In this document: positions 9,870-23,001 of the stretch, piece by piece
How the letters are laid out: every line of letters starts with the position of its first letter
Position numbering within the stretch: the first letter of the stretch is position 1
Assembly (NCBI GenBank): GCA_946405785.1
Contig: CAMJIH010000002.1
Coordinates: 950-64,949, forward strand
Length of the DNA: 64,000 nt
Origin: an uncultured bacterium
Lineage (GTDB): Bacteria > Patescibacteriota > Gracilibacteria > Absconditabacterales > Absconditicoccaceae
Reading direction: 5' to 3'
The notes under the pieces: generated by a model
What the model was told of the DNA's origin: nothing
The model's database searches: none
What the model saw: only the letters and a program-made list of their open reading frames with translations
Position numbers and translations under genes: made by a program

Positions 9870-11747
9870 ATGGAAGATTTGTTATTAAGAAAGAGACATT
9901 CTCTTTCACATATCCTTGCACAAGCAGTGCAAAGAGAACAACAACGAGATGTAGAAGTTGCTATTTGACCTGCTATAGATAATGGATTTTATTATGATTT
10001 CTTATTTAGTTCAGAGAAACAAATAAAAGAGGAGGATCTTAAGAAAATCCAAAATCAAATGGAAAAAATCGTTAAAGAAAATCAAGATTTTGTATTATTC
10101 TCTTTGCCAGATGATGCATCAAAGAAATTGGTTGTTGAGTTGATGAAACAAAAGTATAAGGAAGAAATGAGATCAGAATTCGCTGCTGCTTGAGAAGAAA
10201 TTACATTCTATGCTAATACTATTGTTGAGTGAGCAAAAGATGCTTTATTAAGAGGTATTGATCAAGAATATATTAAATATTATGAAGGAGTAACAAAATA
10301 TCTTCAAGAATTATTCCCAGAAAAATTTAATGGAAAATTTGTTACATTCTTAGATATGTGTGAAGGTCCTCATGTATCAAATACTAAAGAGTTAGATACA
10401 AAGGCATTTAAACTAGATAAACTTGCATGAGCATATTGGAGAGGAAATTCAAATAATGTGATGATGGTAAGAGTTTATGGTTTAGCTTTTGATACTAAAG
10501 AAGAGCTCCAGAATTACCAACATATGATGGAGGAAGCTAAGAAAAGAGATCACAGAATTCTAGGACAAAAGTTAAAAATCTTTACAATTTCACCACTAGT
10601 TTGATCAGGATTGCCTTTGCTTCAACCAAATGGAATGATAATCAGAAAAGAAGTAGAGGACTATTTACGAGAACTTCATAAAGATAAGGGTTATTTAAGA
10701 GTTTGGACTCCTCATTTGGCTAAAGAAGAATTATATAAAACTTCAGGTCATGCTGATAAATTCTGAGATGAATTGTTTAGAGTAAAAGGTAAAGAAGAAA
10801 GTTTCTTTATGAAACCTATGAACTGTCCCCATCATATGCAGATATTTGCTGATAATCAATTTAGTTACCGTGATATGCCTATCAGATATTTTGAACCAGC
10901 TACAGTATATAGAGATGAAAAAACAGGACAATTATCATGATTAACTCGTGTAAGATCAATTACTCAAGATGATGGTCATCTCTTCTGTCGTGTATCACAA
11001 ATTACTGAAGAAGTATGAACAATTGTACAAATCATTAAAGAGTTCTATACAACATTAGGAATGATTGATGATTATTGGGTAAGACTTTCAATCAGAGGAC
11101 CTGAAGGAAAATATCTTTGAGATGACAGTGTATGGGAAAAAGCAGAATGAGCATTAAGAGCTGCTTCAGAAAAATATGATTTACCATATAAAATCTGAGT
11201 ATGAGAAGCTGCATTCTACTGACCAAAACTTGATTTTATGTTCAAAGATGCAATTGGAAGAGAATGGCAATTAGCAACAATTCAATGTGATTTTAACTTG
11301 CCAGTAAGATTTGATCTTTCATTTACTAATGAGCAAGGTGAAAAAGAAAGACCAGTTGTTATCCACAGAGCAATCTCAGGATCATTAGAAAGATTTATGT
11401 GAGTAATGATTGAACAATTCTGAGGTGCTTTCCCTCTATGGTTAGCTCCAGTTCAGTTCCAAATTGTACCAGTCGCAGATAAATTTAATGATTACGCATT
11501 TGAATTAGCTGCAAGATTAAGAAAAGATGATTTTAGAGTAAAGGTAGATGATTCAACAGATAGCTTCTCTAAAAAGATCCGTAATGCGGAATTGATGAAA
11601 GTTCCATATACATTAATTGTATGAGAAAAAGAAGTTGAATGAAAATCTGTATCAGTAAGAGAGTTTAGAAGTAAAAAACAATATACATTAAAGACTGAAG
11701 AACTAATAGAACAAGTAATGGTTGAAAGAAAAGAAAGAAAAATTTAA
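9870..11747 (+). CDS. thrS: Threonyl-tRNA synthetase, 625 aa, apparently lacking the N-terminal TGS domain
   Basis: It starts directly at the RHS.SH.LAQAV / [13 protein letters not shown] region. Other motifs: [66 protein letters not shown]. It is continuous only with TGA=Gly. Confidence 0.9.
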
Positions 11748-11760
11748 TTATACTATAAAA

Positions 11761-11798
11761 AGAGGGGATTTTCTTTAAAAATTCTCCTCTTTTTTTTG
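11761..11798 (+). terminator. Rho-independent terminator after thrS
   Basis: 8-bp stem agagggga / tctcctct (one G-U pair) followed by 8 T. Confidence 0.7.
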
Positions 11799-11823
11799 AA
11801 CTTTTTTAAAATATCTGTATAAT
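11796..11823 (+). promoter_or_regulatory. Sigma70-type promoter
   Basis: TTGAAC, 16 nt spacer, TATAAT. It overlaps the T-run of the thrS terminator. Confidence 0.5.
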
Positions 11824-11855
11824 TATTAGTGAATTTTATTCCTTATCTATAAGTT

Positions 11856-13877
11856 ATGGGAATTGTAAACAAAAACAAAGCTAAAAAAATGGTATTTAAA
11901 GGGGCTGTATTACTTTTTTGAATTTTATGAATACTAACTCCTACATTTACAGAAGTAGAAGCAGCTTCGAAATTGAGTGCTAAAGATTGGCTTAATTATA
12001 TTGTTGAAATAGCATGAGCTTACATGGACCAATATTTTTCAATGGTTCATTTTAACGTAGCATGAAATGACTTTTGATGATGAATCCTTTGGTTGCCAGT
12101 GGAACAAATTTCAGGTGATGCTGTTGAAATTAGTATTCCTAATGGTGTGGATGAGAATGGGGATCCATTATACGATTCCAGATTTTGTTCATCAAAAGTA
12201 AGAGGTTTTTACTGGAATTCTCAAAGATGAGATAATAGATTATGGCCAATGGATGAAAAAACACATCAATGGCTTAAAGATGTGCATACAGATATAGAGA
12301 AGTATGCATGATTAAATATAACATGATGATGGTATACAACTTGTAGTGAAGATAAAGAAACAGTAGAATTAAATGCATTTCTTGAAGCTAACTGAGTATC
12401 AATAACACTTTCAGATATAGCAAATATTATTACAGAATTATCTAATTATCCAAAAGAACAGTGGGAGGAAGCAATTGAACCTATTATAGCTGATAAACAT
12501 ATTAATAATCATGAAGCTGAATTAAGAATTAAAAATGTGATCCTTTCATGAGTATCACTTAAGATAGATCCATACGGTATTTATTGAAAAATTACTCATG
12601 ATTATAGATGGGAACATATGGATCTTATTGCATGAGCACATTATGATGTAGAACAAAATAGAATCTCTACATGAAATTTAACATGTAGCTTGCAGAGATT
12701 AAGTAATAACTATCCATTTTGATATTTATATGATGATTATTGACATATTTGAATTATCTGAGCTAGAATCGATTCAAAATATATTCAATGAACAGAAAAG
12801 AATAGAGCAGTAGTAACTAGTTTCCATACTTGATTACAAGCATTACTAGATTCTTGAGTTTGTATGAATGAAATTTTCTGATTTGATTGAAAGAATATGA
12901 ATCTAAATGCAAAAACCCAAGGTAGAACATGATATCAAATTCCTTGACGAAGTGATAGTGATGCATGGAATACTATTTGAAAAATATTATCGAATTTCCT
13001 AACTGCTTGAAATGGAACTGCCAGAACTACAGTCTTTAGTCTATGAATTAAGGGTATTGTATGATTGACTGATGAAGTAAGAGATAATCAAAAAGAATAT
13101 TTTGAGAATAACCAATTACAATCAACTCTTATGCTAAGAACAGAAACTTCTATTGCAAATGTTATAAATGTTGCGAGCAGAAATGCTGAAAGATTATGTA
13201 GAGGTAAATGGGATGAATTCAAAAATTGAGTTCCTTCTTGGGAATTTACGTCTAAAATTGTTTGTCTATCATGAGATGGAGCTAAAAATAACGTACCAAC
13301 TCCTAAACAAATATCATGAAAAACAATTGTTGTTAGAAATGCTGATTTTATAATAAATATGCATAATGGTAGTTATCAATCAAATAAAGATTCTATAGAT
13401 CTCTTTATTGATAGAGGAAACTTATTGCTTGATACTGAAGGTATAGATACAGGTAGCTTGGTATCATTTGATGATTATTGATATTTATCTAATGATATTA
13501 ATAGTGATATTAAAGCTATGTTCTTAAAAGGAACCTTTATTATTAACGGATTGATGCTCGGTGGTACAAGTTGAACAGGAACTATTGATAATAGACTATA
13601 TATGCATGGAAAACTTATTTCATATAATACTATAACAGTTCCTACTACAATTAGAAAGAATACTATTGAAAAAATAATAAATAGACAGTTATGGACTGCA
13701 CCAGAACAAACATCATTAACAAAATTATTCTCATGGTGATGTAATCCTGTAACTTGAGAAGGTAGTGATGGAACTTCATGTAAGTGAAGCTCTGCTGTTG
13801 GAAAGGAATCTCAATTAGTAGATAAGGCATTCTGATTAATAGATATGGATTTAGAAAGTGAATTAATTAAGAATTAA
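11856..13877 (+). CDS. Secreted or membrane-anchored hypothetical protein, 673 aa
   Basis: The N-terminal signal-like segment is KKMVFKGAVLLFGILGILTPTFTEVEAAS. The frame is continuous with many TGA codons and ends in TAA at 13875-13877. I recognise no domain. Confidence 0.6.
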
Positions 13878-13891
13878 AACATATAACAAAT

Positions 13892-13929
13892 AAAAAAGTC
13901 TCAGCTTCCAAATTGAACTGAGACTTTTT
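13892..13929. terminator. Bidirectional terminator between convergent genes
   Basis: 7-bp stem gtctcag / ctgagac flanked by an A-run and a T-run. Confidence 0.7.
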
Positions 13930-13952
13930 ATTATATATAATAAAAGAAAATA

Positions 13953-14705
13953 TTAATCAGAAAGATTATGATAAACTTGATCAACATCTTCATCTTCATT
14001 TAGAGCTTCGAGAATACGGTCAAAAGCTTCTCTATCCTCTCAACTTAGATTAATAGTATTTTCGGCAAAGAAGTGAATATCTGCTTCTGTTACATGATAT
14101 CATAGATCAATGATAGCTTTTCTAACATTAATAAAATCAGCTTTAGATGTGTAAACTTCAGCAGTTCATTCTTCTATATTTAAATCTTCGATCGGAAGTT
14201 CCATAACTTCCATTTCAAGGCTTTCAGCATCGAAAGGTATAATTTTTTCTATTTGTCTTCCTTTATCTTCAACCATTTCAGATTTTCAATCAATAACAAT
14301 AAGTCATTGTTCTTTAAATTGCCAAGAAACAGCTCATATTTCAGCCATTGATCATCCAGATTTTCAAAGTGCTGTTCTAATAGATTGAGAAGTTCTATTT
14401 GTGTTAGAAGTTACAGCTTTGATTAATAGAGCAGATCAGTTAGGACCATATCCTTCATAGAAAACTTCTTTCATTTCTTCTCATTCTAATTGTCCAGAAC
14501 CTTTAAGAATAGCTCTTTCTATAACATCTTTAGGTAATCCATTATAACGAGCTTTTTCAAGAACCATTTCCAATGCAGGATTCATCTTAGGATCAGCACC
14601 ATTTTTTGCAGCTAATTGAATTTTTTTTCAAATAATACTGTAAACTCTAGATTTGTTAGCATCTCAAGCAGCTTTTTTTGCAGCAATACTATGTCGTCTT
14701 CACAT
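13953..14705 (-). CDS. yebC: YebC/PmpR-family transcriptional regulator
   Basis: Product is 250 aa. It starts M[TGA]RRHSIAAKKAAGDANKSRVYS..IQLAAKNGADP..NP.L...LEKAR..GLPKD.IERAI.KG.G, the family signature. Confidence 0.85.
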
Positions 14706-14790
14706 GATAAACAAATAATAATAAAAATTAACTAGTTACGATATATAAGGATTTTGAGACAGTTTTCAAATTTAGTTATAAAATTAGAAG

Positions 14791-15678
14791 TTATACTAAA
14801 TTAAGACATTTCTCATATAATGAAATAGCATTGAATCATGTCTGTTCATAATAGTACTCAGGGAACATACTTGTTAAGTTATTAAATTCAGGCGTAATAA
14901 AAACTATTGGTTTTCAGAGACTTGATAATTGCTTATCAATTTCTTTATTAATTTTACAGTCCATAATGAATGCTATTTTTTTTGCACCTTTATAGTATTC
15001 TTTGAATCCTTCTGAAAATAGATAATTCAAGTTGTTAACTATTGTTAATGCAATGCGAGAACTATTTGTACTAAGTAATTGAGATAATTTAACTAATTCT
15101 TCAAAATGATTTCATAATCAGATAACAAGTAAATCTGGATTTTTAGGAGATAATAACGATAGTATTTTACTATCATCAATAAGTTTTTTATCAATGAACT
15201 GAATTCACTCTTCGTCTTCACTTGAAGATGCATATATGTTATCGGCCATTTCTTGTGAAGAAAGAGGATAGATTGAGTTCTCTTTATTTTTTAATAATTT
15301 TAGAAAACTTTCTAAGTCCCATGGAAAACAGTAATTGAAAGTATTAGAATCAATAGATAAATAATCTAGTTCAGGATAGTATTTTTTTCAGAAACTTCCC
15401 ATAGATGAATTTGCACTGATAATTGATACAGATTTTAATCTGCTAATATGTGGAAGAATATCATGAATTGATAACTTATCTAAGATGATAAGATATTCTC
15501 AATCTTTATTAAGTTGAGAAAAAAATGTTTCAAGATGAGAGTCTATTAATTGGATACTTGAAGATTGAGCTAGTTCTTTGTTATCAGAAATAATACTGTT
15601 ATATTGAATATTTTCCTCTTCTAAAAGAGTTAAAAAATGTGAACTTAGTACAAGTTTTGAAAGATTAATTGATTCCAT
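14791..15678 (-). CDS. Hypothetical protein, 295 aa
   Basis: Continuous minus-strand frame with TGA=Gly, from the ATG at 15676-15678 to the TAA at 14791-14793. No confident motif. Confidence 0.55.
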
Positions 15679-15695
15679 AAATTATAATTTACAAA

Positions 15696-17075
15696 TTAAA
15701 GTATAGATTCTTTTTTCTTTAACCGCCATTGTGATTGCCTTGTAAGAAATGCGGCATCTTTTTTATCTTCTAAAAGAGCTTTTGTAGCTTCTTCCAAGAA
15801 AATCGTATTTTGACTTCATTTAATAAGGATTATCCATTTATCTTCTGATTTTTTCAAAAAGTTCTCAACCCATTTTCAAACTTCTTGATAATTGTGACAA
15901 AGAGTTAGTTGATCCTTTGAGAACCCAATTTTCTGAATTTCATCAGCAAGATAGTTATGCATACTATTTCATAAAAGAACAACATGGTCGGCAGATCATT
16001 GAACATATCAAGCTAATAAACGGTGTTCTTTTTCTGTTAAATCTCCTAATTCCCTCATATCTCAAAGAACTAATAATACTTTTCTTTTTTGTCAGGCTGC
16101 TTTTTGGATAGCAAGAGTAGTATCAATGAGTTTCCTTACACTAAGAGGGGATGCGTTATAAGTAGAATCAACTAAGATACTATCATGTTTTCATTTAAAG
16201 ATTGAACATCTTCATGGTTGAAGTTTATAGATTAATGGATCTTTAAGTAATTCTTTTAAGTTTAATTCTTTTCATGTGAATCTTTGAGCAAGAATTTCTG
16301 CAATAGTAAGAGCAACACAAATATATCAATAGTTAGGTTTTCCTAAAAGATTTGTTTTTAAATGATGTTTTTCTTTTTTTATAAAGATATCAAATTCACT
16401 AAGTACATAATGCTTATCTTTAGGATTAACCGTAATTTTTTCTCAATCAAAATGAATATCTGCTTTAGAATCATATCAAAGTGTTTGATATGTGAATTCA
16501 TCAATTCATAAAGTTCACATTACTTGTTGAGCATAAGTGTCATCTGCATTAAGAAAAGCTATCTCTCTAGTATTCTTTACCATTTTAACTTCTTCACGAG
16601 CAATTTCTGTAGGGTTTCAAAATTGTTCGGAATGAACAGCATCAATAGCAGTAAAAACTCAGATATGAGGTTTGTTAATACTGATTAAAAATTCCATTTC
16701 TTTAGGTCTATCTATACCATATTCAAGCACGATACAATCATATCATTTTTTTCAGAAAAGAGCCATCCATAAAGCTTTACATCCAATTTTGATGAAATAG
16801 GAAAGGGTGGGGGTCCAATTTTCAACCATAAGAATTGATAGAGACATTCAAAGTTCTCAATTAAAGTTTTTTGGTGATGTATATATTTTTTTCTTTGGAA
16901 AAACTTTTTCTAATGTTTGATGAATAATCATACGACAAGAAGTTTTACCGACACTTCAATTAACTCAAATGCTAAAAGCCTGATGTTTATTTAAATACCT
17001 TTTTGCACACCATCATAAAAAACGATAATATTGGAATAGAAGTTTATTCTTAATCAGGATAAGTTTATTTTTCAT
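15696..17075 (-). CDS. murF: UDP-N-acetylmuramoyl-tripeptide--D-alanyl-D-alanine ligase
   Basis: Product is 459 aa. Mur ligase motifs: GVNGSVGKTS, NFNGELGMSL, VLEYG, NADD, DSTYNASPLS, VLGDMRELG. Confidence 0.85.
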
Positions 17076-17226
17076 GGCAGAAATTTTAAAGTGGAATAAA
17101 TGATTAAACCAAAACGATGACAGTATAAAAATTTTAAGAGCATATGCAAACAAAATAGTTAAAGATTAGGAAAAACTATCAATAGATAACTTGAAAATAT
17201 AGGACAAAAACATATAAGGATTTACG

Positions 17227-20200
17227 ATGGATTTTTTATTTTATTCATATTTTTTGATGAAGGCAAAAAAAATATTTATGTGAATTGTGTTCGCAGTACT
17301 TGTTATTATTGGAATTGAATGAATCCAATCATTTTGGTGAGAACACACTTATTATCAAGGGATGTTACAATCTCGGAAAAATCGAGGACTTATTGCTAGT
17401 TCATTAGCATGTTGAATAATTCCTCTTTTGTACATGAGAAAGAAAAAGGTTTCATTAATGAGCTTAGTACTAAGTACATGATGAGCATTATCATTGTTTA
17501 TGATCCTTCATGAGTGGATACAATGAAATCTACTTACATTATTTTCTGCAGTGCCATTAGTTTTTAATACATTAGTATTATATTCATTAGCAATTCTTTT
17601 TATTTTTGCCGTATTCTCTTTGTGAGAATTTATCTCAAGAAAATTAAAACTATTTAGCACAATAAGATGGCAAGAAACATTCTTAACTTTTTGAATTGGT
17701 TTAGTAACTTTCTTAGTACTTATCCAAATAATTGAATGAATTTGAGTTCTTTATAGTGCAATAAGTTGTTTGCTTCTTTTATGATTGGTCATCCTATGAT
17801 GGTTTAATAGAAAAAAACTTGTTGAGTATAAAGATTCATTATTGTCTATTATTGAAAATGCTAAAGATTTAAAAATAAGTTCAAATGTTTGGTGGATTTT
17901 TAGTATATTAATAGTTGTTTCATTTTGATATTATTTCTTTAATTTCTCTCATTCATTTATTCCATATTCAACAGCATGGGATGCTAATCATGAATACATG
18001 TATTTACCAAAAGTTGTATCAGAAAATAATTGAATCCTATGGTGAAATATTTGACCAGCATCAGGTATGTTGGGACTTTGGCATACATATATAGCATACT
18101 TCTTCTCTGTATGAACAGTAATTTCTTCAGTATTAAATATAGCTAAAGATACAGTAGCTGTAAATCTTAATGCATTAAGTTGAGTATTAGTTCTTCTTTT
18201 TGGACTTTGAGCATTAAGTGAAGCATTAGTTCTTTTCAAAAAAAGAGAATCAGATGAAGAAAATCCTGTCCCATTCTTAATATGATGGACACTTATTTTG
18301 ATGTGGTTAACAAGTTGAATGTGAGCATTCTTATTATTCGTAGATAATAAGACTGACATGTGAGTATTGGCATTATCATTATTGGCAATTCTTTCAGGAT
18401 TTATATATCTAAACTATTTTAATAAGAGAGGTACTCATATAGAAGGATCTCAAAGTGTTAAATATCTAATAGTTTCAGCATTATTATTCTCTTTTGCGAT
18501 AACAGCAAAAATAACAGCAGCTATTGATGCTATTATCTTTGTTTTGATTATGATTTGATTCTGTCTTAATACAACAACTCTTATTTGAGTCTGAATAATG
18601 GTACTTTGATTTATGTGAATAATTCAGCCTTTGTTTACATTTGCGTTTATTACAAAAGAATTATGACTATTAATTCTAGCCGTATGAGGAGTTATTACAA
18701 TAATATGATTAATCCGTTGATTGATTAATAGAACAGATTCTTTTTCTAAGAGGTTAAAACAAATAATTATTTGGTGAATAACATTAATAATTTCATTATT
18801 TATATTCAAAGGTCCATGGGTTGCTATTGGGCAAATGACTAGATGATCATTTAATTTTTCACAGTTTGTAAGATCTACAATCTTGGCAAAGAATACGCCA
18901 ACAATTGAAAACAGATTATTATTAGCTCAAGTAACTTGAGATGATGAAAGTTTGAAGACTCAAGCTATTATTGATGAAAAAGCTTTTGAAGAAGAAACTA
19001 AAGATATATCATACCAACAATGTTTATTAGAAAAATATGATAAAGAAGACTTGTCTTCAACAATGCAAAAAGCTCCAGGAAATTCTCTTAGTGAAGATGT
19101 TGGAAGATATGTATGATTTGGATGGAGAGAATTTAAAAAGACAAAAATTTGATGAGCTGTACTAAAGCTTTTGTTCCGAAAAAATAATTCATGTTATTGA
19201 TGGGATTCTGATTGAAAAATCCTATGTGAAAACGCAGATTTGATAGAGAAACAGAATATAAAAAAGTTAGAAAAATTAGCAGAAGAATCTCTTGATAAAG
19301 ATGGAAAAGCTTACCAACTTGTGAGAGATCTTATTGAATGAAATACTTCGTGAGATGATTTAAGAGATTATTATACAGCAATTGAAACTTACTATAAGGA
19401 ACATAGTATTAAGACAACAGATTCAAGTGTATATATACCATACAGATATATTGTTCCTCTTAATGTAGTATTTAATTGGTCATTACAAAATCATAGTAGC
19501 TATTATACAGATATTGGTCTCATTTGGTTGGCTGTATTTGTCATTATGCTTCTAGGATTACTATATGCAATTTGTACATATGATAAAAAAAGAAAACAAT
19601 TATTAATACTTTGATTCTCAACTATCATTGGTTGGATGATTTGGTGGGCAATAGCATGAGGTATTGTATGGTATTGATTATGATTGATTATATGGTCAAC
19701 ATTTGTTGTTGCAGTATTCTTCCAAGAATGGCATCTTAAGGAAGAAGAAAGCCTTCGTTTATGGGTAGGATGAGTTATTGCGTTATTCGCTTTATGAATG
19801 CTAATGCAATGGGTATTAAATGCTTCAAGAATAGCATCTCAATCAAGTTCAGGACCTTTCTGATGGTATAAATCAAATGTTGGTGAAAGACAAGAAATAA
19901 CAAAAGATTTAGAATTTACTAATACAAAAGTTTATAACTATAATTCTGAAGATGTATTCGGTCTACAATTTGGACAATATCAACCATTCTTGAATGCAGT
20001 AAAATGAAGAGCTGATAATGAATGAATCTTAATTGCGTGAACATATGTCCAATATTTCTTAGATAATTGGAATAATATTATATCAGATAATATGTTAAAT
20101 CACTTATGGGAACAAGTATCTGATTTTAATAGCTGTAGATGATACCAAAGATTAAAAAATGAAAACATAAAGTATCTTATTATTGATCCAAATATCTGAA

Positions 20201-20805
20201 CCGTAGGTAGAGCTGGTGAATGAAATGAATCTTTATTTTATAGATTCTTTGCAAGATTATCAGCAGACGAACAAAAAATCCAAACACATGGTGCAATAAC
20301 AATGCTTGTTAAGATGGCTCAAGAATGATATATAGAATTGGTATATACAAATAATATTGGAGCAAAATATGCATTTGAGCTTTCTGATGCTGAACTTATT
20401 TCTCATTTTGGATTCAAATCAAAGGAAGATTTAATTCTTTTGAGATCAAAATTAGCTGTTATTAAATTCTTCTATTCAGAACAAGAATTATTAGAAAAAC
20501 TATTTGTTCTTTTCCAAGAAAGAATTCTTAACTGACAATGAGTTTCAGATATTGCAAGCATGATAGGAAAGGATGTTGATTCTCAAAAACTTCTTCCAAT
20601 TATTAAAAAACTTCTTGAAAATCAAGATACTTCTTGAATAAAAAATCTTACACAAGATGAAAAATATGTGGTTTCTCAATACGCTGGTCTTTATAGAATG
20701 ATGAAAACTCCAGCTCAAAGAGAACAAGCTGAAAATGTTTTAACACAATTGTTCCAAAACTCAATATTTGGTTCTTCTCAAGTAGTTGGTCTTAAATTGA
20801 AATAA
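17227..20805 (+). CDS. Large polytopic membrane protein, 1192 aa, function unknown
   Basis: The frame links track ORFs 18367-18558 and 20338-20535. There are many hydrophobic spans in the first ~450 aa and around residues 760-860, separated by soluble regions. Ends in TAA at 20803-20805. Confidence 0.7.
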
Positions 20806-20826
20806 TTATATTAGTTTTAAGTAAAT

Positions 20827-21864
20827 ATGAAGATACTTGTAGGACTTTCATGAGGTGTAGATTCTGCAATAGCAGCATATCTTCTTAAACAACAAGGATA
20901 TGAAGTTGTTGCAGGATTTATGAAAAATTATGTCTCAGAAACATGAAATTGTACAACATATGATGATTCAAAAGAGGCAATCAAAGTGGCTGAATTTTTA
21001 GGAATAGAAATTCAGGCTTTTGATTTTCAAAAAGAGTATCAAGAAAGAATAATTGATTATATTTTTCAATGATATAAAAAATGAGTAACGCCAAACCCTG
21101 ATGTTTTATGTAATTCTCTTATTAAATTTGATGTATTTTTGGAAAAAGCTTTAGAAAAGGGGTTCGATAAAATAGCTACAGGACATTATGCACAATTGGA
21201 AGAAAAAGATTGAATATATCATTTAGTTCGTTGAAAAGATCATAACAAGGATCAGACATATTTTTTAGCTTGATTAAATCAATTTCAATTAGAACATTCA
21301 ATTTTCCCTATTTGACATTTGACTAAACCTGAAGTAAGAGAATTAGCTAAAAATATAGGTCTACCTAATGCAGAAAGGAGGGATTCTCAATGACTTTGCT
21401 TTATAGGTAATGTCCCAATCAAGAATTTTTTGATGAATAAATTCCCTATAAAAAAATGAGAGATAAAGACCTTAGAAGGTAAAGTAGTTTGAGAACATGA
21501 TTGAGCTTATTTCTTTACAATAGGGCAGAAGCATTGATTATGATTAAATTTTAAAGCTTATGTTTATCGTATTGATATTGAGAATAATGTCGTATATGTC
21601 TGTGATAAAGATGCAGAAGAGTTATTCTCTCAAGATATACTGGTAAAAGATTGGTCACGAATAGCAGAGGAGTATGAAGAGAATTTTAGTCTTACATGAA
21701 AAATCCGTTATCGTCAAAATCCTCCAGTAGAGTGTTGTATAACAAAAAAAGAAGGTACTCAGCTTAATATTCACTTTAAAGAACCTCAATGGGCTGTTGC
21801 TCCATGACAAGTATTTGTTTTATATGATTGAGAAATTTGTTTATGATCAGGTATTATTTCTTAA
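20827..21864 (+). CDS. mnmA: tRNA-specific 2-thiouridylase
   Basis: PP-loop LS[TGA]GVDS at the N-terminus, then TPNPDVLCN and IATGHYA. Product is 345 aa. Confidence 0.88.
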
Positions 21865-22985
21865 TAGACAATTCTTCTAATACCTCTATCAAGTCTTATT
21901 AATATTTCATAAGGAATAGTATTTGCTTGCTCTGCAATAGCAACGATACTATTCTTTTTATTAATGTCATTACCAATAAGTTCTATTTTATCTCAAATTT
22001 TCATATTAGAATCAGCTATACAACAACTAAGATTCATACAAATAGTTCAAATTTGTTCTAATGGTTTTCACTGATAATAATAAGTCAATTTTCCTGCAAG
22101 ACTTCTTAACCATCATTCATAATATCAGAAAGGTATTGTTGCTGTCCAACAATCTTTATCTGAAATCCATCTATAATTATAACTAACTCAATCCTGAGGA
22201 TTAAGTTTTTGAAGTGAAATAACACTTGAAGTTAATGATAAAGCAGGCTTTAATTTTTTTAATGATTCTTTTTCTTCTGAAAATGGAGAATATCAGTAAA
22301 GAATAAGTCATGGTCTCCAAGCATTAAAGAATGTGTCGTCAATAGAACAAATTCCTGCAGAAGCTCCAATATGTCTCCACCTTGGTTTAAATCAATATTC
22401 CTCAATAGTATTGTACATCCTTTTAAAGTTGGTAATTTGAAGATTAATGTGATTCTCTTCAACATCTGCATCATAAAGGTGAGACATAACTCAATCTAGA
22501 GCAATCTTTGGATTGTTTTTTAATAACATTAAAAATCTTTCCAAATCTTTTTCTTGAATACCTTCTCTATTCATTCAAGTATTAAGAAACAACTGAATCT
22601 TTATTCTTTTATTTAAGCTAATAAGATAATTAAGTGTACTTAAATTATATATAGCAACACTTGTTCTACTATAATCGAAATAACGGTAATTTTCAGGTAA
22701 AGTTTCTCACATTATGAGAATTTTAAATTTTGAGTTATTGTGAATAATTTGATATTCAGGGAAAGAATCAACGACAATATATGGAAATTTTTCCTCTTTT
22801 AGAATATCTAATACCTGTAGAATTCCATGTCCATAAGCATTTGATTTTAGTACAGGGAATATTCATGATTCAGGTTTTAATGATTTAATAAGTTTTACAT
22901 TATTGATGATATTATCCCTTGATATATTGATAGTATTTAATGTCTCAACCTTTGGTTTGCGAAGATTCTTTACTCGTTGTAACAT
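21861..22985 (-). CDS. alr: Alanine racemase
   Basis: Motifs: VLKSNAYGHG, NTGMNREG, GVMSHL, PGLILYGYSP, IPFGYYEGW, GTICMN. Product is 374 aa. Its stop codon overlaps the mnmA stop codon. Confidence 0.85.
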
Positions 22986-23001
22986 GATTATTTATGGTAA
23001 G

